Position numbers and translations under genes: made by a program
The notes under the pieces: model-generated
Database searches by the model: none
The model's input: the letters and a program-made list of their open reading frames with translations, nothing else
Told to the model about the DNA's origin: nothing
Shown: one piece after another, positions 38,759 to 52,420 of the stretch
Numbering within the stretch: position 1 is the stretch's first letter
How the letters are laid out: each line of letters begins with the position of its first letter
Assembly: GCA_951406725.2 (NCBI GenBank)
Contig: OX597819.1
Location: 43,028,001 to 43,092,000 of the forward strand
DNA length: 64,000 nucleotides
Direction: 5' to 3'
From: Octopus vulgaris
Lineage: Eukaryota

Positions 38759-38953
38759 CTGTGTTTGTTTGTACTCTGATAGAGGACTTCCATATAGCTT
38801 GGCTGTGTCACTTCATCATTAAACATACAAATAAACAACAAAGAAGAGAACAAATAAACAAACATTCGGTAAACTCCAGTTGCAATTTTTTTTGAAAGAC
38901 TGGTAGGGTCTTTAAGGGATAGTGAGAGAGGGGAAGAGAAAGAGAGAGAGGGG

Positions 38954-38995
<42 letters not shown>

Positions 38996-39137
38996 AAGGG
39001 GAGACAATGCAAAGTACTTGGTGCTGGGTGAGGTGTGAAAGGGGAAGGGTAATCATGCTATCAATCTAGATCAGAGATTTTTGTTTTTATTTTCTTTGAA
39101 GTTCAGATATGCTCCGCAAATCTTCACTGTTGAAACT
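38759..39137 (-). other. candidate alternative first exon with short coding start MEVLYQSTNKH
   Basis: Donor CAG|gtaggt at 38759/38758; in-frame ATGs at 38793 and 38826; CT-repeat leader; Inr-like TCAGTT at 39139-39134; locally more CpG. Confidence 0.35.
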
Positions 39138-39185
39138 GAGAAACAAGCTGTTGGAACCTAGCAACTCCATTAGGTATGATGTCAT
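39134..39185 (-). promoter_or_regulatory. candidate core promoter: Inr TCAGTT plus CRE-like ATGATGTCAT
   Basis: Motif matches only; the CRE-like site (39176-39185) lies ~40 bp upstream of the Inr. Confidence 0.25.
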
Positions 39186-40759
39186 CAGCACGATGGTTTG
39201 ATGTGCGAGTGAGTGAGTGAGTGAGTGAGTGCGTGCGTGTGAGCGAGCGAGCATGTGAGTGTATGTATGCGCACGCATGCGCGTGTGCATATACTTGAAT
39301 GCAGTTATCGCATCTATTAATCTACTGTGATCCATTTTTATCTTGCCGCCACCTTAAAAGTAAATGCAAGGCTGTCTACAAAGGCTGGCAGATATGTTGA
39401 ACTCGGTCCTCTCCACCCACTTACTCCCTCCCCACACACACATGCACGCACGCGCACTCACACGCATGCGCACACACACACACACGCATGCGCACATCCA
39501 TCCATCCTTGTTGCCCACATCTTCAAGCAGAATAGCCATCATCTAATTGGAAGAACAGTGATTTCAATTGTTTTTGAATAATTTTTGTAGTTGTTGTTGT
39601 TGTTGTTATCGTCATCATCATCGTTATTTAGATGAGAAATAATAATGTTTGTAGAATAGCGAAACAGACTTTTGAATTATTGGTGCCACAGCCAATAACC
39701 CAGAACAAGAACTAATTATAACCTGTTTTAGTACAGCGAACGAGTCCAACAACTTTTTATTTTTTTCCCCCTAACACAGACAATTAGAATAGAAAGAATA
39801 GTCAGACAAACAATGAGAGAGCGAGAGAAAGAGAGTAAAAGAAAGAGAGAAAACAAGATATATTGAGAGAAACAAGCAAACTGGCCCATCCCCCTACCAC
39901 CTGCATATAAATAAATAAATAAATAAATAAAAAAAACCTCTTAGAGGTATATAGCAACTATAATGGAACTAGTTTGCAAAAATGAACTTACAAACAAAAG
40001 CTGTTGCTTTTGTCAATTCATCTTGATTGAATATTTTTGAGCTAAATATAACTGATCTGTCAAAGCTATCATCAACCAACCTAACACGGATTTCCCTGAA
40101 TTCGAGCAAGTGTTCTCTCATCTGGTTAATTTCCATATGCATTCGTAGATATTAGTATCATTACTCTTATTGAAAATAACAAGCATTGCAAAACTTTCTA
40201 TACGCGAAGACATAATTATTAATTAATTGCATCTCTATGCACTCAAACATACATTGTCGTTGACTTTATGTCTTCGAAAGGAGTTCAGGAGTGAGTGATC
40301 TTGCTGCTACACAGAAAACGAAGTTTTCTCCCCTTTAATAGGTGACAGTCAAGAAGTCACAAGCTTGTGGTGCAAAGTACTTGAGCAATCATTTGTATTT
40401 TTCAAAAGCAGAACAAGGGAAGGTATAGAAGAAGAAGAAAAAAAATCCGTATACAATAAGGGGTTCGGTTTAGGCAGCAGCATGCTCAAAGTTCCGCAGC
40501 CTTAGTAGTGTATTTAGTGAGGTAGGAGGGAATAAGTCATGCGCGATATAGCTGGTTGGTAGAACACGGAGAATATGCTGCCTGCGAGTATGGTTAGCAG
40601 AATTAGTCGAAGTGAATGGGTACAGATCAGTGGTGCATATGAACTTGTAGAGGTTTCTGGTCTATCTACTTTGCATTCCCTAATGATACATGCAGTTGTA
40701 GCTGAAGTCACTGAGGCTTGACTTGCACACACAGAGAGGGAGGGAGGGAGGGAGGGAGG

Positions 40760-40791
<32 letters not shown>

Positions 40792-43700
40792 GAGAGTGCA
40801 TTCAATTGCTTGAATATAATTTTCAGTTGTACAGAAACAGTGGAAGTAAATTGGACAAAGAAGAATGTAATGGCAGACAGGGGCTTTTTCCAATAGATAC
40901 ACATAAACTGAATTCAAGTTTTGTTATGATCAAGTATTATAAAAGGAGTTGTTTGTTCTTGGCTATCTATATTTTTAGGACATATACATAAAATCTAATT
41001 CGCAATCTTTTTTTTTTTTTTTTTTAATGAAGATAAAGAAAGAAAGAAAATTGTATTGATTAGTTTTAACAAGGAATTTTATTGTTTTTGTAGTACAAGT
41101 GATTGCGGTGGTGAAAATAGTTGTATACAAATTATAAAAAAAAGCTGATTATCTTGTAGTTTATTAGTTGAGATGTGATAGGAATCTTACAAACATAGTC
41201 TATTCAAAAACAATAGTGATGTTCACTGTGAAAGCGAGGTCAAAAACTTGTAACAAGGAAATTAGACCTTGGAAAGCTGAGTTTTAATTACAGATGAAAT
41301 GATGCAGAATTTACAACAATACAAGGAGGAAAATATGACATTGTATAAATCCATCATCAGTCAACTTGTTAATGATGATGATGGGTGGTGGTGGTGGTGG
41401 TGATTGTGGTGGCACCGGTCTTAATGACAGTGAATAAATGATGACAATGTTGAAAATAACAATGGGGATGGTGATAAGAAAATAATACAAGTTAGCAACT
41501 CAAAATTTAAAGCTAACAACATTTGAAACACTTGTTCTACATTGCCATTATCAATTCTCTTATGTTTCATTATTGAATGAATGCTTGCAATTTTGTTTGC
41601 TTTTTTGTTGTTTTTTTCTTTTCTTAACATACATATTTATTTATGAATACTAGAAATATTTCAATGAAAATGAGACAAGGTTTTTGTTTCTAGAATACTA
41701 TAAATTTCTTGCTCTTTCTATAACTTTGTCAAGATGTTTAATGATTCAGTTGCTAAGTTCTCCACAACATTATAAATCATCTCTTCTCATAAATATCATT
41801 AGGATTAATACCATGGTCACTTGGCAGCCAAATTCCTTCAAATCACACCCCACCATCTTTAAAAAAAGAAACAGAAAAAGATGATCACATCCACTTGCGG
41901 GGTCATGGTCGGAAAAATCTTTGTCCATAGGGTTGATCAATCAGAAGTGACCTGGAGCTAAAGAATATCAACAACAACAACAGCAAGGAAACATTGTTTC
42001 TTTCCCCCTTGTTGAGAATTTTTAAAGTCAAAAATATAAAATTCTTGTAGAAATAAACTGGGAAGCATGCAGCTGAATGACTATGGATTGTTCTCATGAA
42101 AGGTGTACTTTGGTGGTTCACCACAGCATGGTAAAATATTGAATTGTTTCTACAGTGATACAAAACCAGAAATTTGTGGGAGTATAGATGTCCAAGCAAG
42201 TCAAGTGGCATTTTTATTGAGATTGTAGAAAAATTAAACTAAACAAAATACTGTACTGAAATAATCATCAGTCCGGCATTCTACTCCTCCACATATTGTC
42301 AGGGTATAAAGGATATAATGTTTGTTAAATAGCAACAAGATAGCTGCAAAATATCAACTCCAAATGCATCCAAGAAATGTTGTTTTACACACGCACACAC
42401 ACACACAAATATATAAGACATAGTGGACCATCAAGTCCAGGAACTGAACTCATGGCTTTATAATAGTGAGCCTAGTAGCCTAACACATTAGTCCATGCTA
42501 TGAACATAGAATTGTAGAATTAGAAAAATTCTTTTATATGCATTCACACAAGAGAAGGGCATCAGTCTGTTAAACACTACATCGAAAACAAGAACTACTA
42601 TAAGCATAATTACACCACCATACAGTTTGTTAGGTAACATCCTACTTTCAGAAGAACAATTTAATTAAGCTTTCTTTTCAGAACTAATTTTGGATACAAA
42701 TTACATATATGAAGTAATTTTAACTTTTATAGAGATACATATCTGACTATATACCACATGGCATGCATTTAGAATATTAGTAAGACAAAATGTTGAATAC
42801 ACAGCTAGAAGACTTCCCACTCGCATTCAATAACCAACTCACTGTCAATGTTACCTCATTATATTTTTAAGTGTTATACATCCACACATGTAGTATATCA
42901 AAGCAGATTTTTTCTGTTTTTATTAACAACAGGAAGTGCTAAATGCACTACTTATTGTTAATAATTTTGGTGTAAAACAAAATCGGATGTGTTATTTTGT
43001 TGGCCTTACAACTACAGACTATGTAATTCAAAACTTTAAAAGGATTTTCTGTGCGGTTGAAGAGAGCAAGTGAGAAGACATAATACATTTTAATAGATGT
43101 GGTTTTGTTGTTTTAGTCTGTCATCTCCATCCTACAATACCCCAGCTGCTGAATAACAACAGTAACAAAAAACCAGGCAAAACAAACCGACAACCTTTAC
43201 CATTCTGTGTACGTACAACTGAAGGACTGTGAAAGATGGTGTGTGAGTGCATTGAAGGTATGTGGCCAATTGGTTGAGCCCACAACCATAAATCTTGTAT
43301 GTTCAAATCCTAGACTGGATAGTACCTCATGTCCTTCAGCCTGGGGCTAAATTTAAGTACATATCAACCTAATTCTGATGCAACCCTTTTCTCCCTCCGG
43401 GTATCACATCCTCAATACTCTGCTGAATCAAATTGTGGGCAGGCCAAGAGGGTGTCTATGTGTGTGTGTGTGTGCATGTGACTATACAGGCACCTAAAAT
43501 AATTAGTGAAACCATAGTACAATGAAATCAAAATGATATTTTAAAGGCATTTTCATACCGAGACACTACAAATATCTCTCAAAACAAATACATTAACTTG
43601 AAAAGAGTTTCCCACCTCTAACAAAGCTTATAAATCCAAGCGCATTTAGACACATTTGAATGCACATATGCACATGTGCATATGTATTAAATATTTTAAT

Positions 43701-44279
43701 AAACTATGTCGACACCAGCTGATATACTGCAAGCCAAAAACTAGTTGTTTAATGAAGTAGTAATAATTAATAACAAGTTATAATTGTAAGAAATAGCCAA
43801 TGTCCAGATAATCAATCTCCCATTCATATATACACAATTGCAAAGCCAAAAATAGAATATAATGATGATGTAACATAGCTATCTAAAAAGGTTTCCTCTG
43901 TGTATGAGTCTGTCTCCATGTGTGTGTGCATGCACGAGGGTGCTTTCATAGATTGATGTGGTTTGTCTACGATCAAGCATTCGCTTGTACATTAGCATCT
44001 AAGATATACTTTTTTTTTGTAGGAAAGACATTAAATACAGCTTTAATTTAGCCTACGAAAACTGGGTTGTTAAAAAATTGGGGAAACCATAGCAATTAGG
44101 TTTGTTGATATTCACCAATCTGTCTGTTATAGTTCGTGATTACTGATAAAGTAGACATCACTAGTTGGAGTAGCATTCTAGTCAGGAACATTATTACCAT
44201 TATCAAACAAATGCTAAAAAAAAAAAAGTTGTTCTACTGGTGTGTAAACTAGAATATAACTAATGCCTGTTCTATGTAC

Positions 44280-44312
<33 letters not shown>

Positions 44313-44804
44313 GAGAGGAAAGAACCAGAGAGAGAAGGACAGAGTGAAAGAGACTGTGTCTAGGATATTAAATAGTTGTCAGGAATTGCTGAAAGTAAAA
44401 GGATTAGATATTAAAAACAAGATGGGGGCATAATCAGATATAGAAGGAAAAAAATTCAATCATATTTAGAAAATGAAACCACTGAAAAATAAACTCGATG
44501 ACAATCAGGATATCTACCTAACCTGGACTGTCAAATACATTTTTATCTGCCTTTAATTCCATCATTCTGAAAACATATCCAAACTGAAAATTATTTTAAT
44601 GCAAAGCAGAATATTATTTAGCATCAGTTACTTCTCATCTACTAGTGCCTATTCAGGGTAGTATAAAATATAAGCCATATGCAAAGGTGAAGAAGTGGTA
44701 GATTATGGATGGTGGTGGAGTCAATGTAGAATTTGCATTGAAGAGAATAAAAACCAATCCAAGGTGTCCTGGTTACATTTTGTATTATTTTTTTTAACAA
44801 TATA

Positions 44805-44967
44805 GGCGCAGGAGTGGCTGTGTGGTAAGTAGCTTGCTAACCAACCACATGGTTCCGGGTTCAGTCCCACTGTGTGGCATCTTGGGCAAGTGTCTTCTGC
44901 TATAGCCCCGGGCTGACCAATGCCTTGTGAGTGGATTTGGTAGACGGAAACTGAAAGAAGCCTGTCG

Positions 44968-45001
<34 letters not shown>

Positions 45002-45027
45002 TGTATGTATGTATGTATGTATGTATG

Positions 45028-45078
<51 letters not shown>

Positions 45079-45294
45079 TTGTTTGTGTGTCTGTGTTTGT
45101 CCTCCTAGCATTGCTTGACAACCGATGCTGGTGTGTTTATGTCCCCGTTACTTTGCGGTTCGGCAAAAGAGACCGATAGAATAAGTACTGGGTTTACAAA
45201 AAGAATAAGTCCCGGGGTCGAGTTGCTCGATTAAAGGTGGTGCTCCAGCATGGCTGCAGTCAAATGACTGAAACAAGTAAAAGAGTAAAAGAGA
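44805..45294 (+). mobile_element. SINE family A, full length, young
   Basis: Complete head to tail with CpGs retained; expanded internal (TATG)n(TA)n. Confidence 0.92.
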
Positions 45295-45409
45295 TGTATT
45301 AATTTCTTTATTCTTGCATAATTTAACTACAAGGAAACAAACAGAAAACAAAAAGAAAAAGGGGGAGGAAAATTAAGCAGCAAAAGATGGCAGGGAGGGA
45401 GCAATGAGG

Positions 45410-45622
45410 TGCACACACCAGAACAAATAGCATGTACCCCATGGTCATTCATGACTGCAAAGGTATTGCCATGACACTCGATGCAGTGGCCATTCCACCT
45501 TGCGGTGTTCATCTCCCAGATGGGTTGCAGTTATTCTGATTTTGCAGAGGAAATCAGTAATGTGAGGTCTGAGAACACTTGAGGTCTCAATGGCAACTGG
45601 CACAAACTGATAGTGGTCTGTA
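45410..45622 (-). pseudogene. CRE-like non-LTR retrotransposon fragment (restriction-like endonuclease C-terminus)
   Basis: Translation DHYQFVPVAIETSSVLRPHITDFLCKI...GD..R.VEW.LHRVS resembles the remembered FVP.A.ET.G.....FL....TGD.R....QR.S.A..RGNA motif; frameshifted after RVS. Confidence 0.6.
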
Positions 45623-45740
45623 TTTTGTTTTATTACTATGTTATATTTAATTTTATACATATGTGTATATGTGATAGTACACCTTTGATGCAAGCCTAAG
45701 AGATCTCTAATGTCTAAAACTGCATACTTTACGTATATAT

Positions 45741-45800
<60 letters not shown>

Positions 45801-45810
45801 TAGATATAGA

Positions 45811-46107
45811 GGCGCAATGGCCCAGTGGTTAGAGTAGCGGACTCACGGTTGTAGGATCGCGGTTTCGATACCCAGACTGGGCATTGTGAGTGTTTATTGA
45901 GCAAAAACACCAAAAGCTCCACGAGGCTTTGGCAGGGGGTAGTGGCAGTCCCTGCTGTACTCTTTCGCCACAACTTTCTTTCACTCTTTCTTCTGTTAGC
46001 CTGCTCACTTAGCCAGCGGGGTGACGTCATTTGAAGGCTAAAACAATGAGAACCGCATTGTGACCAGCGATATGTACCAACATCTTATAGCCTGGTCGGT
46101 CACGTGA
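45811..46107 (+). mobile_element. tRNA-derived SINE family F inserted in (TA)n
   Basis: A box TGGCCCAGTGG, B box GGTTTCGATACCC; (TA)n on both flanks; CpGs retained. Confidence 0.85.
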
Positions 46108-46113
46108 TATATA

Positions 46114-46150
<37 letters not shown>

Positions 46151-46687
46151 GCACGCGTGCACAGTTATGGTATATTCTGTTAAGAACATAGTAGAGTACA
46201 GTATAAAGCTTGTCCAACTTCAGATTTATCCTGTGCTATCCAGTAGTAGTATCATACATACTTTCAGGTTTGCATTTGGGCATCTGTCGTGAGTGAATAG
46301 ACAGTTGAAAAAATTGGAGTCAACAAGAAAAACATGTATTTGGGACATTTACTTTTTAATCACTACAATTATTTCCACACAGCATAGTTATCCAGGTGTG
46401 CAGGTACTTGATTATGCAACTGTTTCCCTGCATTATGAGATCTAGTTGTGTTTCCTCAGGCGATATGTAAATATTGTCTCCGTAACTTTAAAATCCTCAG
46501 CTTCAAGAACATCCTATCTGTCTGGCATGGCATGCATGCATGTACACACACACACACACACACACCTAACACAAAAATTAGGCAGAATATTGGCTTGTAA
46601 ATCTTTAATATACTTGGTTGTATATTATGGTTGAAAAATGAAATATTGTGTCCTTGCTAGTAATTTGTTTGTGTGTGTGTATCATTC

Positions 46688-47078
46688 ATCTTTTCTTTGT
46701 TTCAGTCATGAGACTGGACATGCTGGGGAACTACCTTGAAGGATTTTAGTTGAAGGAATCAACCAAGTACTTTTTTGTTTCTCCCTTAAAGCCTGGTATT
46801 TATTCTATCAGTAGGCTCTTTTGCTAAACTGCTAAGTTACAGGTACGTAAACACATCAATACTGATTGTCAAGCAGTGTTGAGGGTCAAACAGAGAGAGA
46901 CAGACAGGTAGACACACGTGTGTGTGTTGGGCTTCTTTTCAGTTTCCATCTCCCAAATCCACTCACAAGGCTTTGGCCAGTCTGAGGCTATAGTGGAAGA
47001 CACTAGCCCAAGGTGCCACGAAGAGGGACTGATCTTGGAACCACATGGTTGGGAAGCAAGCTTCTTACCATACAGCCA
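46688..47078 (-). mobile_element. SINE family A copy
   Basis: Reverse-complement tail ttgtttcagtca to head cttaccatacagcca. Confidence 0.8.
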
Positions 47079-47374
47079 TTGTGTGTGTGTGTGGTGTGTG
47101 CGTACGCGTGTGTGTTCATGTGTACTCAAAGGTATAATAAATACATGACTAATGAATGCATTAGGTTCCTTTACAACTCAAACTGCTTTTGTCCTAATGT
47201 ACAAATGCTGTTAGAACTGACTTAATATAATTACAAGGCCTTAACAAAAGATGGCTTTATTTAATGGTTATCTAGTGAACCATTACAAATGGTGGCATAA
47301 ATACACAATATTTACAGAACCTTACCCGTACACAAACGTGTGTACACAGTCAGATTCTCACATTGGAAGCAAAG

Positions 47375-47540
47375 TTGTTGTTGCTTGGACTAACAACAGA
47401 TTGAACAAACCTATGATCAAAAGTGCTCTAGCCATGACCATCTCATTTCCAGATATAGTACATCAAGAGCTACATTATCATAAGTGTCCTTCCTTTGGGA
47501 AAGGTTTAAGGGAATTTGGCTGTCATTTCTAGCAGGTCAT
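47375..47540 (+). mobile_element. dispersed repeat (gttgtt..acctatgatcaaa..ggctg.(c/t)atttctagca)
   Basis: Similar copies at ~15715-15870, ~34305-34440 (-), ~41815-41990 (-), ~54530-54735 (-) and ~62320-62520 (-). Confidence 0.55.
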
Positions 47541-49006
47541 TTCTGACTTTGCTTGCACATTGTTTAATGTTTAAACAAATACTTGATTATTGAACTATTG
47601 CACCATTGGGTAAGCAGGAACTGTTGCTACTGAGTGCAGTGCTAAGGTAGCCATTGTTTGAGACAAGATATTCTAGCCCCCATTAAATATAATTATATAA
47701 ATTGTTTTCAGTTTCCTTAACAAACAAACAAACAAACAATTGAAGAACATGAACAAAAGCAGAAGAGATTAAGGAGAAAATACATCTGCTACAAGAAAGA
47801 TATAATAAAATATCTTCCCGTTTTATAATTCTGAATCAATTGCTTCTTTTATCTGAGCTGGTTTTATAGCAGAAAAACCTACCCTGGTATGTATAGCAAG
47901 CAGGAAGATATCTCAATTTAGAAGAAAAAAGGTTGGTATTATTACAAAAGGTAATCTGATGCTGTACTGAAAAAGCCTGTGTTTGCATACAGCAAGTGTA
48001 ATCCCTATGCATTGATAGAGAATACAGAATTTTAAAAAATGTATACTGGGAGGAAGGGAGAAAGTCCATTATTTCTTCTTAAACCTATTTGATATATGAA
48101 TACAATTGTATTCTCTCTGTAATGTACTAATCAATTGGTTATTGATCGGTATGTTAGTAGCCAACTGTAGTTTTATAGGATAGCAATGCTGAATGAAGAA
48201 GTGCCTTGCATAGCTGCTAACCCATCAGATGCCAATGCTTATAGTTCTTTCGCATTAACAGTCAAACAACACCATGTTTACTTATTAGTTAAGGTTTGCA
48301 ATGGGAATATAGAGAAAAAGCCAAAAGCCTTTGAGATTATAAAGGAACCATTCAGAAGAACTGGATGTGAGAGAGATGTGTGTGTGTCTATATGTGTGAG
48401 AGAGTGTGGGGGGGGGGGGGGAAAGACAGACAGATAGGAAAGGGTAGAATAACTGCATTCCATAATGAATTAAATGGTGACAGAAGACAGTTTATTGGCA
48501 GAATGCATTGAAATACAAAGTAACATTCAACAGAAATTCCAATAAAAACAGAAGGGTCTCAATGGTTAAGTACACAATGCAAATAGCACATTCATTCACG
48601 GCGACTAAAATCAAGATACCCAAGGAATTACCTACACTTTTTGGGTGTTAAATAATCTTATTTTTATTATTTCTAATGTTTCCAAACCCTTCATTCCATG
48701 CAAGCATGAGTTGGATAGTTCAGCTAATTTGGCATGAACCATGGGAGGAGTGTTTTATTGATAAATAGTTAGCATTAGATAAGTCAACATAAGTATGATG
48801 CAGTATTGACTTTTAGAGCTATGTTTCCTGAAGTATAAGGGTTACAAGGAATGAATGAGAAATCCAGTGTGGTTTTGCTAATGCACCACATTACCTCCTA
48901 TATGTAAGCAGTAAGGTGTCATAGCAGGATGGAAAGGAATTAAAGAATCAGTGTGAAAGACAAACGGTTGCAGGAACAAGAGTTTGCAATATAGATGGAT
49001 AGATTA

Positions 49007-49045
<39 letters not shown>

Positions 49046-49470
49046 TGTGCGCGCGCACAGACACAGACACACACTTTCACATTCGTCTTATAATTGTAAT
49101 CAGACCATGCTAAACTAAAGTTTTATTTACAGATTTACAGACTGAATAAAATTAATACCTAACTCTATAACAAATTTCACCTTGGATCAGAAATGATCTA
49201 AGGGTCTATAATCCCACTCACCCCATAAAGAACACCAGAGAGAAAACAAAAACTGAATGACATAAACAAACCAACAGACATTAACAACTAGCAGAGACAT
49301 AAATATAGAATGAAATTCAATCTAAAGCAACTGGAGGAATTTCCTTCATCAGCTGCCCCAAGAGATATGTTGTGATTTTGACCCCCAAAGTAGTATGACT
49401 ACTTCTTTTGGTGTTAAAGAGTATTACTAAGCAAAAACCAAATGTTTGTATCCAATTCACAAATCATTAC

Positions 49471-49502
<32 letters not shown>

Positions 49503-52029
49503 AAAATCAACACCATTTAACTTCCCTTTTTCATGTTGGCAAGGGTTGGACAGTCTGACAAGAGCAGGCAAGGCTAAAGGGCCCCACCAAGTTCTACACC
49601 TGCTTTAGCTTGGTTTCTAAAGCTGGATGCCCTTCCTAATGCCAACCACTTAGAGTGCACTGGGTGCTTCTTATATATGTTCACCAGCACTGGTGAAGTC
49701 ATCAAGTACCCGCAAGATAAGACACTCAACTGAGTAGTGTATAGAAGCGAGGGACAAGAGCAGAGAGAGAAAGAGTGAGACTGATGGATCATTTTATGAA
49801 ATGGTAAGAACATCTGTAGAGCGCAGTTTGTATAAATTGTAAGTCCTCAGCAAAATGAAATTAGGAGTGAATCTTATTTCTCAGTTGCAGCTGTTATACT
49901 AACTCATCCATGCAGTTGGAAAAGCATGAAAATCACAACTACATTTCTATCAATCTCTGGAGTTAATAAGACCAATCACTCATTGATGGATACTTCTGAC
50001 CACAAAACTGTCAAACAATTGATTCAAAATGTGTCACATGGGTGTATTTTGTTTCCAGCTGTGGCAAGAAGTGTTTGATGAACAATCATGTAAAATCTGT
50101 TTTCTTTTGGACAGCTGTATGATAATAAAAAGAAAATGAGCCAAATGAGGGACATGGTTGATTGACTTGCTATTAAGAGCAGCTGAATTTCCTAATAAGA
50201 TAAATGAAGTCTGAAGTACACAATTTATGAAGAAGGAAAAAAAATGGTGGGGAGGAAAGGTGATGGTCATGGTTTGATTGTCTTTCTTCATACATCTGCT
50301 CAATTAGGTCTAACCTGGGGCAGCACCACCAACACTACCACCACAACAACACTAACAAGTAGAAATAATTTGATATCAGAAGGTTAAATCAACATCTCCA
50401 CTAACTCTACATTACAGAAAGAATTTACTCCTACTACTAATTTATACATAGCATATTCTACTGAAAAATAATGACACATCCAGTGGCTGCTATTCTTATA
50501 TTTCAAGATAAAAACAAGAACAAAATATAGGAAGAAATTATCAATCATATGTTGATTCATTTTATTTTTTTTCCCCCCTTTTGCCATAATAAAGCATGAA
50601 TATCACAAATTGTTTGCCAGGAGCAAATATGAATCTATTTCTCTACCCTCCAGCACCAATTTTCATTTTACATAGACATATGCATGTTTGTGTTCATTTC
50701 CAGCTTTCCTACATATGTGCATGCATATGTGCACATCCATGCAGACACACGCACACAGCTTAATCATAGTATCAGATTTGCAAATCTACTACAAGTTGTA
50801 TATTAATTTAGAAATGATACCAGTCGTATAATAATAAAATTCCTCTCCATTTATAGAAACACGGCCAACAATAACCGAAAAAAGAAAAGAAAAATTTTAA
50901 AAAAACACTAGCTGAAATGCCAGCATATTTGTCATGGTTTTAAAAGCTGACCACAGACAAGACACACATTCACACAGAGAAAATAAAGTATCAGATATAT
51001 TAATGCCATTCAGCCCAAATTAGAAGAGTAGAGGAAACAACATGAAGTTAGAGTGGTGGGGGGGGGGGATAAAATAAAAACCAATTGTCTATTTACTTTG
51101 GAAAGGACTTACAAGACATACTGTCAGAAGTGTTGTGTTTATTACTCAGCAAATGAGTGTGTAAATTGTGTATGTATGTATGTATGTATGGAAGGGGCAG
51201 GATAGTCAATCTTCCTCATGGAACTGTGTTCCCATTACTTCTTCGTTCCCCGACCCCACCCTGAATTGCTGATACTTATCTATCAGTTGTTGTAGTGTTA
51301 CCATTATTCAGTGACAGGATATGATTGGAACTCAGAATGTGAAGAACTGCTGGAATAGATTCCACAAAGCATCCTGTCCAATGCTCTCACATTTCTACCA
51401 TTCCTCCATCCTAGACTGGTGCTTTTTTTTTTTTTTTTTTTAAATCAACAGTGAAAGAACGAAAAACAAAGTGGTTTTAGTAAGATTTGAACTCAAAAGT
51501 GCAGAGTTGCAACAAATACCACAAGGCATTCACACCAACACTAATGATTGCCAATTCACTGCCTAGTGTTTTGGTAAATGAAATAAAAATTGATTTGGCA
51601 GGACATTAAAGAAATAAATAGTCTTAAAGTAATGAAATATAGAAAAGATTCAGAATCATTTGAAGAACGCAGATGAGAAATGTTTATGCAGAATGGAAGA
51701 CAATATGAGAACATTGTGGTGATGATGACGTAGTAAGAAGAAATGGGCAAAAGACTGAGATTTCTTGCTAAAGTAGATTCACATGTGAGAAAAAGACAAA
51801 CTGGCTAAAGTTAGAAGAGGGGAACAAGTAGACTAATTCAGGTGATTATAAAAAAAAAAAAATTTTAAGTTCGTTCAAGGATTAAGAAATGTTTCAATTT
51901 CCCAAAAAGATAAAATAGCATTTTGAGCAATTTAAACAGTGTAAATTTATAAAAAGTGTCCTTTTAATGCATGAAATTTATTTTTAAAACATAGCAAGAC
52001 AATCATTGGATAACAGAAACAAAAACTAC

Positions 52030-52420
52030 AACTGGCACAAGCTATTTGGTAACCTTGCTAGTGCCAGTTAAGTTGGGGGTGGAGTACCCAGTACAGTTTG
52101 TACAGTGGTTGGCTTTTAGGAAGGGCACCCAGCCATAGAAATCACGCTAAAGCTGATACTAGAACATGACACGGCCTTATTGGTTTTGTCAGGTCCTATC
52201 AAACAGTCCAACCCATGCCAGCATGGAAAATGGATGTTAAATGATGATTCAAATATTTACAGGTGTAGCTATGAAGGCTGTAAACCTAGTGGCTAGAATG
52301 CTGGGTTCATGATTGTTAAGCACATGAGTTCAATTCTTGGGCAAGGCAATGCACTGTGTTCCTCAGCAAAGCATTTCATTTCATACAGTTCCAGTACACT
52401 CAGCTGAAAATGAGTACTAG
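52030..52420 (+). mobile_element. family C copy followed by a degenerate CORE-type SINE head
   Basis: ttaggaagggcacccagccatagaaa...gttaaatgatga, then tgaagg..ctagtgg..gagttcaattc... Confidence 0.6.

Noticed and set aside
45811-45885. tRNA-like sequence
   Set aside because: No proper acceptor stem, and it continues into a SINE body.
47597-47645. TATTGCAC (miR-92 seed) in a short hairpin
   Set aside because: Wrong arm, weak G:U-rich stem, no further match.
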